DNA of 64,000 nucleotides from Eledone cirrhosa (Eukaryota): the NCBI GenBank assembly GCA_964016885.1, contig OZ024753.1:10106001-10170000 (forward strand), in the 5' to 3' direction. Shown here one piece after another: positions 1-12,128 of this stretch (position 1 is its first letter; every line of letters starts with the position of its first letter). The notes under the pieces were generated by a model. The model worked only from the letters and a program-made list of their open reading frames with translations, searched no databases and was not told the origin of the DNA. A program made the translations under genes and the position numbers.

Positions 1-1440
1 AAAAGAGCTTTGACAATATATAAACAACCATCCGGTTATCCAACCAACCAACCAACCAACCGGAAATTTATAATAAATTGAAGTGAAAACCAACCGGTGC
101 ATGTGTTTTAATTGGCAGCATGACCCTACCAAAGTATAACAATATATATATATATGTGTGTGTGGGTGTTGTAGTTTGCTTGAAGCGTTATGTTAGTGTA
201 TAAAGCAGTATTTAGTTTGAAGGCTGCGACAATACAAAATGGACAATAGATTTCAGAATAAATTGAAGGTAACAAATATGTTGGTGTATCACCTGTTATT
301 TTATTTACCTGTCCATGACATATATATATGTGTGTGTGTTTGTCATGGACTTCTACACACCTACAATGAAATAGGGCAGCCTGGGATGATGGTAAAGAAT
401 GCTTATCCAAGTGCTGCACAGTGGGATCACACCTAGGACTATGTGGTTGCAAAACAAATTTACTGGCTACATAGATATGCTCCTTTATCAGATGGCTCTA
501 CTCAGCTTCAGTCATGTATATGTTTGGCTAATAAGATATAAGCATTGAAGGTCCTGTTTGGAAAGCACCTGTCCAAAGTGCAAGCCTGAGCAATGTGTTT
601 TGTGGAAGATCAGCAATTGCCCATGCATTCAAATCTCCTTTTTCCATGCCACCAATGTTATTGAAGGTAAAAGCCAGAATGAGATACTACAAGACACTAA
701 TGTTTCTGCCAATCCACCACTCCGGACTGGTACTTCATTTATCGACTCTTAAAGGACGAAAGGCCAGATTTGAACTTAGAGAGCTGAAAGTAAATACTGC
801 CAAACATTTTAATCCAATGCTTTAACAATTCTGCCAATTCCATCAAATGTAAGAGTAGAGGAACAATATTTAAGCTTAGTACAACAGATATAGGTATTTG
901 TTTTTATTGTTTTCACTCTGAAATAGTTCATTGCCAAGTTCATATCATACCCTTTATATGAACAGTCCTTTCTCATTGCCAACGTCATCTCTTGTCTTAT
1001 ATCTGATGTGAACAGCCCTTTCTCATTGCCAAGTTTATCTCTTGCCCTATATCTGATGTGGACAGTCCTTGCCCTCACTCTTAGTCTAGCTGACTTTTTA
1101 AGAAACATATCCACTGCCAAAGCCAACATGTTTTTGATACCTGCTCTACCCTCAAATTCACTTTTGACTTTCTTTTATTATTTTGGCTCCAATGTCTCAG
1201 CTTTTATGTTTTCTCTCTCCTGTGACAATCATGGCTTTCAACAGCTGTTGATTCTCCCATACCATAAATAGACACCAATTTCACTAACAAATGTTTTTCT
1301 CTCATCATGGCACACCTTCAGCCATTAGTAGCCTAGACTGGCTTCAGAAGATAAGCCATCTACCTGATCAATAAGTCCACCTATATTGAGAATACCTGTC
1401 ACATTCTCATGCTATTTCTTTTGGCTTCTGTTCCTGTTAT

Positions 1441-2295
1441 TTATATTATATATAGGTGGTCTTGCTGTGTATATATATTATATATAGGTGGTCTTGCTGT
1501 GTATATATATTATATATAGGTGGTCTTGCTGTGTATATATATTATATATAGGTGGTCTTGCTGTGTATATATATTATATATAGGTGGTCTTGCTGTGTAT
1601 ATATATTATATATAGGTGGTCTTACTGTGTATATATATTATATATAGGTTTGCTGTCTGTAAAGTAACACACTAGTATAGGTGGTCTTGCTGTGTATATA
1701 TATTATATATAGGTGGTCTTGCTGTGTATATATATTATATATAGGTGGTCTTGCTGTGTATATATATTATATATAGGTGGTCTTGCTGTGTATATATATT
1801 ATATATAGGTGGTCTTGCTGTGTATATATATTATATATAGGTGGTCTTGCTGTGTATATATATTATATATAGGTGGTCTTGCTGTGTATATATATTATAT
1901 ATAGGTGGTCTTGCTGTGTATATATATTATATATAGGTGGTCTTACTGTGTATATATATTATATATAGGTGGTCTTGCTGTGTATATATATTATATATAG
2001 GTGGTCTTGCTGTGTATATATATTATATATAGGTGGTCTTGCTGTGTATATATATTATATATAGGTGGTCTTACTGTGTATATATATTATATATAGGTGG
2101 TCTTGCTGTGTATATATACTATTATATATAGGTGGTCTTGCTGTGTATATATATTATATATAGGTGGTCTTACTGTGTATATATATTATATATAGGTTTG
2201 CTGTATGTAAAGTAACACACTAGTATAGGTGGTCTTACTGTGTATATATATTATATATAGGTGATCTTACTGTGTATATATATTATATATAGGTT
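1441..2295. repeat. 32-bp minisatellite (TATATAGGTGGTCTTGCTGTGTATATATATTA)
   Basis: About 24 tandem units, with a variant spacer (GTTTGCTGT.TGTAAAGTAACACACTAG) at ~1650 and ~2200. Confidence 0.97.
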
Positions 2296-2309
2296 TGCTG
2301 CATGTAAAG

Positions 2310-3072
2310 CAGAGGTTCTCAAAGCGGGCACCACTGGCGCTGGGCCCCATGGGAGCAGTAGAGATGATATAATAGTATATTAAATACCAAATGGTGCATC
2401 TAATAATATAATAGCCATGTGTATTTGTCTGTCACAAGAGATGACCGAGGAAGGAAGGGGTGATGACGTCGACTGAGGAAGGAAGGGGTGATTACGTCGA
2501 CTGAGGAAGGAAGGGGTGATTACGTCGACTGAGGAAGGAAGGGGTGATTATGTTGACCGAGGAAGGGAGAGGTGTGTTTGTATCACTTGTGTAAGAAGTG
2601 AGTGCGAAGGAACCAGCCGACCAACCAACAAACAAACATCTTTTTTTTATATTATGTATAGATGTTACAATCAGCTGCCATTTTTGACGACATGGGGCCA
2701 GCTACTATTATATATAAACATAATAAAATAAAAAATCTATAATATTTATTTATACCTAGTATATACCACCATAATTCCCAGCGTTGAAGACACTACTTTT
2801 TTTCCTAAAATAAGTCTAAAAAAAATCCACCATATGTCCTGGAGGCCAAAGGTTGTTTATTATTTTTTTTCAAATTTTTGGTTGCCAAAATTAGGTTGCC
2901 TCCTCGGCGCCGGGAAATGCGGTATATTATTTATTTATTATATATAAATTACCGATTTTATTTATTATATATTATTAGCAATTTGCGTGTAGGTAGGTCT
3001 CTCTGGAAATAGGCTGAGGGTGTTACTTGGCTGTGAGGTGGGGCGGTGGCCCAAAATATTTGAGAACCTCTG
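2310..3072. mobile_element. hAT-type MITE family A (TIR CAGAGGTTCTCAAA) with an internal 28-bp repeat and a nested degenerate Tc1/pogo-like MITE (~2763-2925)
   Basis: TIRs CAGAGGTTCTCAAA / TTTGAGAACCTCTG and imperfect 8-bp TSD ATGTAAAG/GTGTATAG. A homologous copy lies at 55056-56466. Confidence 0.85.
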
Positions 3073-3284
3073 GTGTATAGTAACACAATATTATTTTTGG
3101 TCTTACTCTTTCTGTTATATTTCTGTGTATGTTCAGATAGACTGCTGTGTTAAATATACATTTCTTTTTTTATATTCACTGGGAAACTGTGTGTATGTAT
3201 GTATGTGTGTATATATGTGTGTGTGTGGGGGTTGTGATTACTTTTATTTTGTATTGATTTTTACTTAGAAAACTTTCCCTGTAC

Positions 3285-3570
3285 ATGTGAGTGTATATAA
3301 TGTGAGTGTATATATAATGTGAGTGTGTATATAATCTGAGTATATATAATGTAAGTGTATATATAATGTGAGTGTGTATATAATGTGTGTATATAATGAG
3401 TGTGTATATAATGTGTGCATATAATCTGAGTATATATAATGTGAGTGTGTATATAATGTGTGCATATAATCTGAGTATATATAATGTGAGTGTGTATATA
3501 ATGTGTGCATATAATCTGAGTATATATAATGTGAGTGTATATAATGTGTGTATATGTGTGGGTATATAAT
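3285..3570. repeat. Degenerate TATAATGTGAGTG microsatellite-derived repeat
   Basis: Visible tandem units. Confidence 0.9.
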
Positions 3571-3608
3571 TCTACAGCTAGATCCTAATGCTCTTTCTCT
3601 TTATATAG

Positions 3609-3736
3609 GGTATGCTCTCATTCTTGAGTGCTCCATTGATTGGGGCCCTCTCGGATGTTTGGGGTCGAAAACCTTTCCTGATTTTGACAGTTTCCTTCAC
3701 CTGTGCACCAATTCCACTGATGAAGATAAGTCCTTG
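3609..3736 (+). CDS. MFSD14A: MFSD14A/B (HIAT1-like) MFS transporter, first coding exon seen in window (GMLSFLSAPLIGALSDVWGRKPFLILTVSFTCAPIPLMKISP[W])
   Basis: Polypyrimidine/AG acceptor at 3607-3608 and GTAAGT donor at 3737. Contains MFS motif A (GALSDVWGRK) and closely matches the recalled HIAT1 sequence. Ends in phase 2. The symbol denotes the MFSD14A/B family, not a specific paralogue. Confidence 0.96.
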
Positions 3737-3799
3737 GTAAGTATTTCTTTAGTCAGATAATAATTTGCAATGTGTTATTTGTGTATGCTTATATGCTTC

Positions 3800-4705
3800 T
3801 TCACTGTAAAGTGGTCGTGTAGGTGTCAGGACAAAAAGCACCCTGTCCACACTGTAAAGTGGTCGTGTAGGCGTCAGGACAAACAGCACCCAGTCCACAC
3901 TGTAAAGTGGTTGTGTAGGTGTCAGGACAAAAAGCACCCTGTCCACACTGTAAAATGGTCGTGTAGGCGTCAGGACAAACAGCACCCAGTCCACACTGTA
4001 AAGTGGTCGTGTAGGTGTCAGGACAAAAAGCACCCTGTCCACACTGTAAAGTGGTCGTGTAGGCGTCAGGACAAACAGCACCCTGTCCACACTGTAAAGT
4101 GGTCGTGTAGGTGTCAGGACAAACAGCACCCAGTCCACACTGTAAAGTGGTTGTGTAGGTGTCAGGACTAAAAGCACCCAGTCCACACTGTAAAGTGGTT
4201 GTGTAGGCGTCAGGACAAACAGCACCCAGTCCACTATGTAAAGTGGTTGTGTAGGCGTCAGGACAAAAAGCACCTAGTCCACACTGTAAAGTGGTTGTGT
4301 AGGCGTCAGGACAAAAAGCACCTAGTCCACACTGTAAAGTGGTTGTGTAGGCGTCAGGACAAAAAGCACCCAGTTCACACTGTAAAGTGGTTGTGTAGGT
4401 GTCAGGACAAAAAGCACCCAGTCCACACTGTAAAGCGGTTGTGTAGGTATTGCGACAAAAAGCACCCAGTCCACACTGTAAAGTGGTTGTGTAGGTATTG
4501 CGACAAAAAGCACCCAGTCCACACTGTAAAGTGGTTGTGTAGGTATCATTTCAAAAAGCTCTCAGTCCACACTGTAAAGCGGTCGTGTAGGTATCATTTC
4601 AAAAAGCACCCAGTGCTCACTGTAAAGTGTTCGTGTAGGTATCAGGACAAAAAGCACCCAGTGCTCACTATAAAGTGGTAGTGTAGGTATCACGACAAAA
4701 AGCAG
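3800..4705 (+). repeat. ~47-bp minisatellite derived from the RTE/SINE 3' tail unit (CACCCAGTCCACACTGTAAAGTGG...)
   Basis: About 19 units. The same motif occurs in the LINE 3'UTR at 5690-5790 and in SINE tails. Confidence 0.95.
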
Positions 4706-5935
4706 TTTGTCTAGTTTGTAGGAAGGAAAATAGGGCACCGGTCCCATCTGGGAAATGGCCATGCTCAGTGTGTAGGAAAGGAGTAGGCAGAAACTCCATT
4801 TTATGTCCCAAATGCAAACTATGGATGCATAAAAGATGTAGTGGGATCACAGGTAAGCTAACTAAGAATATAGATTTTATATGTCGCCGGTGCTCTGGTG
4901 TAATAAGTAGCAGCAAGTGCCCACTGAATACTAGCTCATTCCATTGCACAGATGGTTCTATAGAAATAGTGGACACCTTCCGTTACTTGGGTGACAAAAT
5001 CAGCAGTGGTGGAGGGTGCTCTGAAAGTACAGTAGCTAGAGTCAGAATTGGATGGAAAAAGTTCCGAGAGCTTATACCACTATTGGCCGCTAAAGGGTTC
5101 TCTCTAAAAATGAAAGGCAGGCTGTATGATGCCTGCATACGAACAGCAATGTTACATGGCAGTGAGACCTGGGCATTGTGTGCAGAGGATATACGCAGAC
5201 TGGAGAGGAACGAGGTTTGCATGCTCCGCTGGATGTGTAATAGTAATATACGTGAACGGCAAAGCATAAACGAACTAAGGGAAAAATTAGAAATAAGAAG
5301 GATCAGATGTTGTTTACTCGAGAGAAGACTACGTTGGTACGGTCACGTGATGCGTATGAAAGACGACAGCTGTATAAAAAAGTGTAGGGCAATAAAAATA
5401 GACGGTAGCCACGGAGTAGGCAGACCCAGAAAAACCTGGGACGACCTGATAAATTCCGACCTCACACACTTACACTTCTCCAAGACAATGTCACTGGACC
5501 GAGATCTTTGGCGCTACACAGTAATACAGAAGACCCGCCTTACCTAAGTACAAAGTGAAACCTACTACAGTCAGTAGGCACCTTTAACAAAAATACACCC
5601 CCGTCCCACTACCCCCCCCACCCCATCCACACCACCCCTTTCAATGTAAAGTTATGTTGGTACCAAAACATCCAGTCTGAAACAAATGAGGTCGTGTAGG
5701 TGTCACGACAAAAAAAAAGCACAGCCCACGCTGTAATGTGGCCGTGTAGGTAACACGGTAAAAACCTCCCAGTCCACACTGTAAACGTGGTTGGTGTTAG
5801 GAAAGGCATCCAGCCGTGGAAAACCCACCAGACAGTCCTATGCGAGCAAGACAACCAATCTTGCCTCACGTGGGAAAACTCCCGTCCAAACCCATGCAAG
5901 CGTGGAAGATGGACGTTAAACGATGATGATGATTG
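4705..5935 (+). mobile_element. 5'-truncated RTE-clade LINE (ORF2 C-terminus with Cys/His finger, MLHGSETW, RRLRWYGHV, GRPRKTW; 3'UTR; (GAT)n tail)
   Basis: ORF 4768-5547 with diagnostic RTE motifs. Tail GGACGTTAAACGATGATGATGAT. Confidence 0.93.
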
Positions 5936-7241
5936 AATGTGTCTATACTAAACTGATTCTGGCTTGATTTCTACAGCTGGATGCCATTCCTTACACCAAC
6001 CTCATTTACAGTGAGTGCTGGGTGCTTTTTTGCCATGGCGCCACCACGTCCACTCTACAGTGAGTAGTGGGTGCACACAGCAGAACGTAGTGTATAGATA
6101 TGAAGTATATATTTAATGTGCATTTCTGTTGCTTGCTGTAGAATACAAAAAAAAATGTGTTAAAAACCTAAGGAATGTCTAGGTCATGACAGGCAGAACT
6201 ATTGTTTCATTCTGACCTTTTTCACTGAAAATCATTTCACAACAACACTAATTATATCATCATCATCATCATCAGGCCATTTTCTACAGAGACAGAGGCG
6301 GAGAGAGAGAATTACTATAGGCTGACTGTATGAAGTTTAAGCTTTCTTTTCACTCTTTTGTCATTATTTTTTTGACAAATGGAATATACATATATGTAAT
6401 TATTTTATTTCTCAAATTTTCCTTTTTATCATATTTATATTATACTGCCTGTGTCAATGACATGTCAACTTCCCTTGTGTTGGTGATCTACACATTAAAT
6501 ACACCCAGTACACTCTGTAATGGTTGGTGTTAGGAAGGGCATCCAGCCATAGAAAGCTTGCAAAACAAGGGGTTAGGAGGATCCTTCAGTTAGTGTCAAA
6601 AAACAGGACAACTTTTCCTCTGCACTTGATAATGACTGTACGTAAGCAGTATACAGACCTCCTCGGGTTGTCTGGGAGGTCAGTAGCGCCTCTTCAGTAC
6701 TGACATGGTCTATGTAGAACCATCCAACCCTTGCTAGCAGGGAAAGCAGATGTTAAATGATGTAGTGTAACTTTAATACTATATATATAGCGTGAGAAAC
6801 ATTGCAAATCATTCTAGCTCAATGTAGGAGTAACGATATAGACTGGGTAGAGAAAAATATGTAACTGATCAGATAATACAGGGTTCTATGTATGTACTTG
6901 GGTGTGTGGGTGGTGTTTGCAGGATGTCACACTTTCTATGGGGTTACTTGACCATCTAGAAATAGCAGCCAAATCTCCCTCTTCAAATCGTACACAATAC
7001 TGTCTTGAATGAATAAAGATGTATTGGATAATTGAGTCTCTGATACAAAAAAAATGGGGGATGGTTATAACTAAAGCAACATTGATCTCCTGTATACAAA
7101 CATACTTGGTAGAGCATCAAACACGATTTGTGGCATATAGTTACGTCTCTTTGTGTTCAAATCCTGCTCATGTCAACATTACATTTCGTCCTTCCAGAGT
7201 TGATAAAATAAAGTACCAGTTACGTACTGGGGTCTATAATC

Positions 7242-8133
7242 CAGGCATGTTAAACTGAGGACCCGCCAAGGGCCACATGGGTCACATATATGTTGTCTGA
7301 GGGTCACATACGACAACTAATTGCGCACATAACTAATATCTTTTATTTTATATTACATTGGAAGGCGCATGGCTTAGTGGTTAGAGCATTGGGCTTGCAA
7401 TCGAAAGGTTGTGAGTTCAATTCTCGGACCAGGTGATGTGTTGTTTCCTTGAGCAAGACACTTTATTTCACATTGCTCCAGTTTACTCAGCTGTAGAAAT
7501 GAGATGATAGGGACTGGGGTCTCTATCATTCCACTGCAAAGTGGTCGTGGATGTGCCACAACAAAAAAGCACCCAGCCCACACTGTAAAGTGGACGTGGA
7601 GGCGCCACGGCAAAAAGGCACCCAGCACTCACTGTAAAGTGGACATGGAGACGCCGCGGCAAAAAAGCACCCAGCACTCACTGTAAAGTGGACGTGGAGA
7701 CGCCGCGGCAAAAAAGCACCCAGCACTCACTGTAAAGTGGACATGGAGACGCCGCGGCAAAAAAGCACCCAGCACTCACTGTAAAGTGGACATGGAGACG
7801 CCGCGGTAAAAAAGCACCCAGCACTCACTGTAAAGTGGACGTGGAGGTGCCACGGCAAAAAAGCACCCAGCACTCACTGTAAATGAGGTTGGTGTTAGGA
7901 AGGGCATCGAGCTGTAGAAATCAAGCCAGAATCAGTTCCCGTATGAGCAAGACAAGGTCAGCCGACCGGACACTGCCTACAACAGAACATCCCGTCTAAC
8001 CCATGCTAGCATGGGAGAACGGACGTAAAACGGTGATGATGATGGTTACAAAGATAAAACATGCTCGTGTAGTAAAAAACCTTTGTGCGGCCCACAGGTG
8101 TGCATGGAAAGGGCCGCATGTTTGACATGCCTG
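7242..8133. mobile_element. hAT-type MITE family B (TIR CAGGCATGTCAAAC) containing a SINE-A insertion (~7360-8045)
   Basis: TIRs at both ends, imperfect 8-bp TSD. An uninterrupted copy lies at 10545-10748. Confidence 0.85.
7360..8045 (+). mobile_element. tRNA-derived SINE-A (A/B box head, CCTTGAGCAAGACACTT body, RTE-like 3' tail, (GAT)n) with internal minisatellite expansion
   Basis: TGGCTTAGTGG A-box and GTTCAATTC B-box. The tail is homologous to the LINE tail at 5785-5935. Confidence 0.9.
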
Positions 8134-8202
8134 CTATCATGGACTTTATTCTTCCACCAAATTGTTGGCCCTTATTATTATAATTTCTCTTTTCCTCAAC
8201 AG

Positions 8203-8317
8203 GTGGTACTTCGCTATATTGTCCATGTCAGGAATATTTGCTGTCACTTTTAGTGTTGTCTTTGCTTATGTTGCTGATGTCACCTCTGAAGAAGAGCGAA
8301 GTGTTGCTTATGGACTG
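8203..8317 (+). CDS. MFSD14A: MFSD14A/B exon ([W]WYFAILSMSGIFAVTFSVVFAYVADVTSEEERSVAYGL)
   Basis: ttttcctcaacAG acceptor and GTGAGT donor. Phase 2 start matches the previous exon. HIAT1-like peptide. Confidence 0.96.
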
Positions 8318-8341
8318 GTGAGTACATAATTATTATTAGTG

Positions 8342-8815
8342 CTAGCAGAAAAACGACCCTTCGGGTGGTTTTCTGCTAGCATGTGTAGTGCGTATATTGA
8401 TATTATACGCAAGTATACATGCATGTAGATATGATACATCAAATAAAACCGTAATTGACAATATGTACAGAAATTGAAGCTAGACGGTGTTACACTGTTT
8501 TATGTAATCAGTAACGTAATCCATGATACATTAAAAAAAGACAATATTATATATAAACTACATTAGGAGAAAATTAGTAGGAGAAAATTAATACATTTAT
8601 TTAAACGATTGCTAACCAGAAGTGTTGACATTTAAAAGTTTTAAAGAAGTGAATCTTTAAATAAGTAATAAAAATGAACAGCCACAAAATTTAGGAGATA
8701 AATTATGTAATATTCATTCATTATTTATTCAAAGTAATCCAACTTATTTTACTAAGGGGATAAAAAATTATAAACCGTACGCAGTCCCGGACTTCTTACT
8801 TTATTATAGTTTAGA
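8342..8815 (-). mobile_element. Probable non-autonomous Helitron-like element
   Basis: CTAG plus GC-containing hairpin at the left end and ...TTTAGAT (TC start on minus) at the right end. Same architecture as 55502-56363. Confidence 0.45.
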
Positions 8816-9125
8816 TTAGTAGTAGTAGTAATATTGGTATCATCATTATTCGGTGAAGGTGCCTGCAAGCAGGGAAAAGCGGACGTAAAATGATGATGAT
8901 GATATATATATATATATATTTATTACGGTTCTTATATATTTGATATATATTTATCCTTATTGAGCCCTCTTTGGACTTTAGTCTTCAAATTTATTATTAT
9001 TACTATATATATATATTTATTATAAGAACAGATTGAAGTTTAAGCAAAGAATCGCTTAAGGGTGAAAGCAGCGATTCTTTGCTTAAACTTTAATCTGTTC
9101 TTATAATAAATATTTGCTCTACGGG

Positions 9126-9164
<39 letters not shown>

Positions 9165-9204
9165 CATCATCATCATACGTCCATCTTCCACGCTTGCATG
9201 GGTT

Positions 9205-9236
<32 letters not shown>

Positions 9237-9701
9237 ATTATATATATATAATCCTTATCGAGCCTGTTTCGGATTTTAGTCTTCACATTTATTATTACTA
9301 TATATACACACACATATATACATGCAAGTATGGGTAGGCAATTTATAGAAATTTTTAATGTAGAGAGGGCAGTTAGTAGTTTCTAGGAGACATGATTTGT
9401 AGATGTCAGGTGAAAGGCTGAAATACCACAGTAGCTGAACTGTAAAAGCTGAGAGACTGACCTGAAAAGGTATTGGGTATAAATAGAAAAGGAGAAAAGG
9501 TTGACAATGTTTTGTAATGGAAATGTCAATATTGTAAAGTAATGTGTTGGTACAAATCAAAGCTGTGTTTTGTGAACAGTGTCTACAGCAAGTCAAAAAC
9601 ATGAGGTGTTTAATGCTTTAGCATTTAAACTGGCCATATCCACCCAGAATTCTCTCACCTTTCTTTTTTAACTGGCCATTATTTGCTACTCATACGGTGT
9701 A

Positions 9702-9890
9702 GGGCGGTGGATTGGCAGTATCGGTAGAGGGTCGGACGCCATGCTTTCCAGCATAGTTACGTCCCTTTACCATCTGAGTTCAAATCCCGCTGAGGTTGAC
9801 TTTGCCTTTCATCCTTACGGGGTCGATAAAATAAAGTACCAGTAATGCACTGGTAATTGCTGGCCTTGTGCCTAAAGTAGAAACAATTAT
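9702..9890 (+). mobile_element. tRNA-derived SINE-B (central GCCTTTCATCCTTACGGGGTCGATAAAATAAAGTACCAG domain resembling MetaSINE; (ATT)n tail)
   Basis: Head TGGCAGTATCGGTAG...GAGTTCAAATCC. More than 15 copies or fragments in the window. Confidence 0.88.
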
Positions 9891-10061
9891 TTGCTACTCA
9901 TACTGGTGTTAAATAATTGTTTCTACTTTAGGCACAAGGCCAGCAATTACCCATTTTACTGGTGTTAAATAATATCAATATCTCATAGATTTGATATTAT
10001 GTGAGATAACTATTTGAGGTAAAGCTTTTACTGCAAAAATATAATAGTAGATATAGATATG

Positions 10062-10455
10062 TAGGCACATGGCTTAGTGGTTAGAGCACTGGCCTTGCAA
10101 TCGAAAGGTTGTGAGTTCAATTCTCAGACCGGGTGATGTGTTGTTTCCTTGAGCAAGATACTTTATTTCACATTGCTCCAGTTTACTCAGCTGTAGAAAT
10201 GAGATGATAGGGACTCGGGTTCCTATCATTTCACTGCAAAGTGGTCGTAGAGGTGCCACGGCAAAAAAGCACCCAGCCCACACTGTAAAGTGGACGTGTA
10301 GGCGCCATGGAAAAAAAGCACCCAGCACTCACTGTAAATGAGGTTGGTGTTAGGAAGGGCAACCAGCTGTAGAAATCAAGCCAGAATCAGTTCCCGTCCC
10401 ACCCTTGCAAGCAGGGAAAAGCGGATGTAAAATGATGATGATGATGATGATGATA
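10062..10455 (+). mobile_element. SINE-A full-length copy
   Basis: Near-identical to 7360-8045, with a (GAT)n tail. Confidence 0.92.
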
Positions 10456-10544
10456 TAGAGTAATGTAAATGCTAAAAAGGGTTAATATTGTAAAGTAATA
10501 TGTTGGTACAAATCAAAGCTGTGTTTTGTGAACAGTGTCTACAG

Positions 10545-10748
10545 CAGGCATGTCAAACTTAGGGCCCCCCGAGGACCACATGGGTCACATGTGTTGTCAA
10601 CAACTAATTGCCCTCGTTACAACTAATTTAAACATTTTTATATTACAAAGATAAAACATGCTTGCGCTGTAAAAATACCTTTGTGCGGGCCAAAGGTTGC
10701 TTGTAAAGGGCTGCATGTGACATGCGGGCCGCATGTTTGACATACCTG
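10545..10748. mobile_element. hAT-type MITE family B
   Basis: TIRs CAGGCATGTCAAAC / GTTTGACATACCTG and TSD GTCTACAG/GTCTACAA. An empty-site paralogue is at ~9581. Confidence 0.9.
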
Positions 10749-10994
10749 GTCTACAACAAGTCAAAGATATGAGGTGTTTAATATTGTAAAGCAGTGTCTA
10801 CAGCAAATGAGTGAGACTTAAGGAAGCAAGGAGAGAAGAAAGAATTCAGCTGACTAGATAAATATAGACTGAAAAGGTAGAGGGAGGTGGGAATCAGCAG
10901 GACAATGAAGTTAAAAACTAAGGTGAATGAACCGTGCTAGGAAGAGGAATGAGTGGTAGTGTTGATAACAAGAAAATAGAGAAATGACAGTAGT

Positions 10995-11192
10995 AATAAT
11001 TGTTTCTACTTTTGGCACAAGGCCAGCAATTTCCCCAGTGCATTACTGGTACCTTATTTTATCCACCCCCGTAAGGATGAAAGACAAAGTTAACCTCGGC
11101 GGGATTTGAACTCAGGCCGTAAAGGGACGTAACTCTTTGCGTCAAAGCATAGCACCTGACCCTCTACTGATACTGCCAATCCACCGCCCTAT
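10995..11192 (-). mobile_element. SINE-B, minus strand
   Basis: Reverse complement of 9702-9890. Confidence 0.9.
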
Positions 11193-11567
11193 ACTAATAA
11201 TAAAGGGGTATTATAGACAATAGGGTTCGAAATATGTAAATGAAAAAATATCTCGTCACAAGTTAACCTCAGCGGGATTTGACAGTAGTAATAATGGTGG
11301 TTTATTGCTAGAAATAGTATTTACTAGACTAGAGAGAAAGAGTATGAAGGTGGTGGAGGGGGAGGTATCAAGAAGAGTAAGAGGGGGGAGGAGTTGAGAA
11401 GGTAGTTGTTTTTTTTTTAAAAAACGATTATTATTTAGGTGGATGTGTGTGTGTGTGGTGTGTGTGTAGTTGTAAGTTTGTGAAAGTATTTATCTGTGTG
11501 TATGAGTTTTTGCTAGGTGTACTGACATTGTGACTGGTAGACATTTTGTTTTCTTGGTCCGATTTGC

Positions 11568-12126
11568 TATCATCATCATCATCATCATCATCGATTAATG
11601 TCTATCTTTCATGCTAGCATGGGTAAGACGGGTTTGTCCCATTTGGAGGCAAGTTGGGGTCAGGTGACCATGTCTCGCTCATAGAGGGGTGTTTCTGGCT
11701 GGTTTTCTACAGCTGGATGCTCTTCCTAACGCCAACCACATTGACAGTGTGTGTTGGGAGCTTTTTGTCGTGACACCTACCCGATCACTTTACAGTGGGG
11801 CCTGGACACTTTCGTCTTGGGACTAGGGAGGGTTGCGGAGCTTGGGGGAAAAATGTGGACAGGGTAGTAGGGGAGGTATGATTACCGCTTAGGGAGTTGA
11901 ATGAGAGGGGAAAGAAGGTCGAGGAAGATGTTGCCTACTAGGTATAAGCCTCATCCTGAGAATAATAGAGGGCAGGTCTTTCTGTAAAACTGCATCGCAC
12001 CTGAGGGTGCGGTCCTAAGTCATTGCCTTTGAAAAGTGTAATTATGCAAGGTCGGATTTTATTACCACATCTCAAGTCTTCGTAAGCCTGCCCACACCAC
12101 AGCTACCAGCGACCTTAAGCGCTCTA
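11568..12126 (-). mobile_element. Degenerate 3' end of an RTE LINE
   Basis: (ATC)n tail at the left. Minus strand reads RALKVAGSCGVGRLTKT*DVVIKSDL, matching the C-terminus of the 4768 and 28397 ORFs. Confidence 0.85.
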
Positions 12127-12128
12127 TA

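Noticed and set aside
1-3600. N-terminal MFSD14 exons
   Set aside because: No HIAT1-like N-terminal peptide (e.g. IFLEFFAWGLL, TFLMNG) recognised; presumably upstream of the window.
7364-7430. tRNA genes (also ~10065, ~54920-54980 and ~61865)
   Set aside because: A/B boxes are present, but the acceptor stem is incomplete and most continue into SINE bodies. These are SINE heads.
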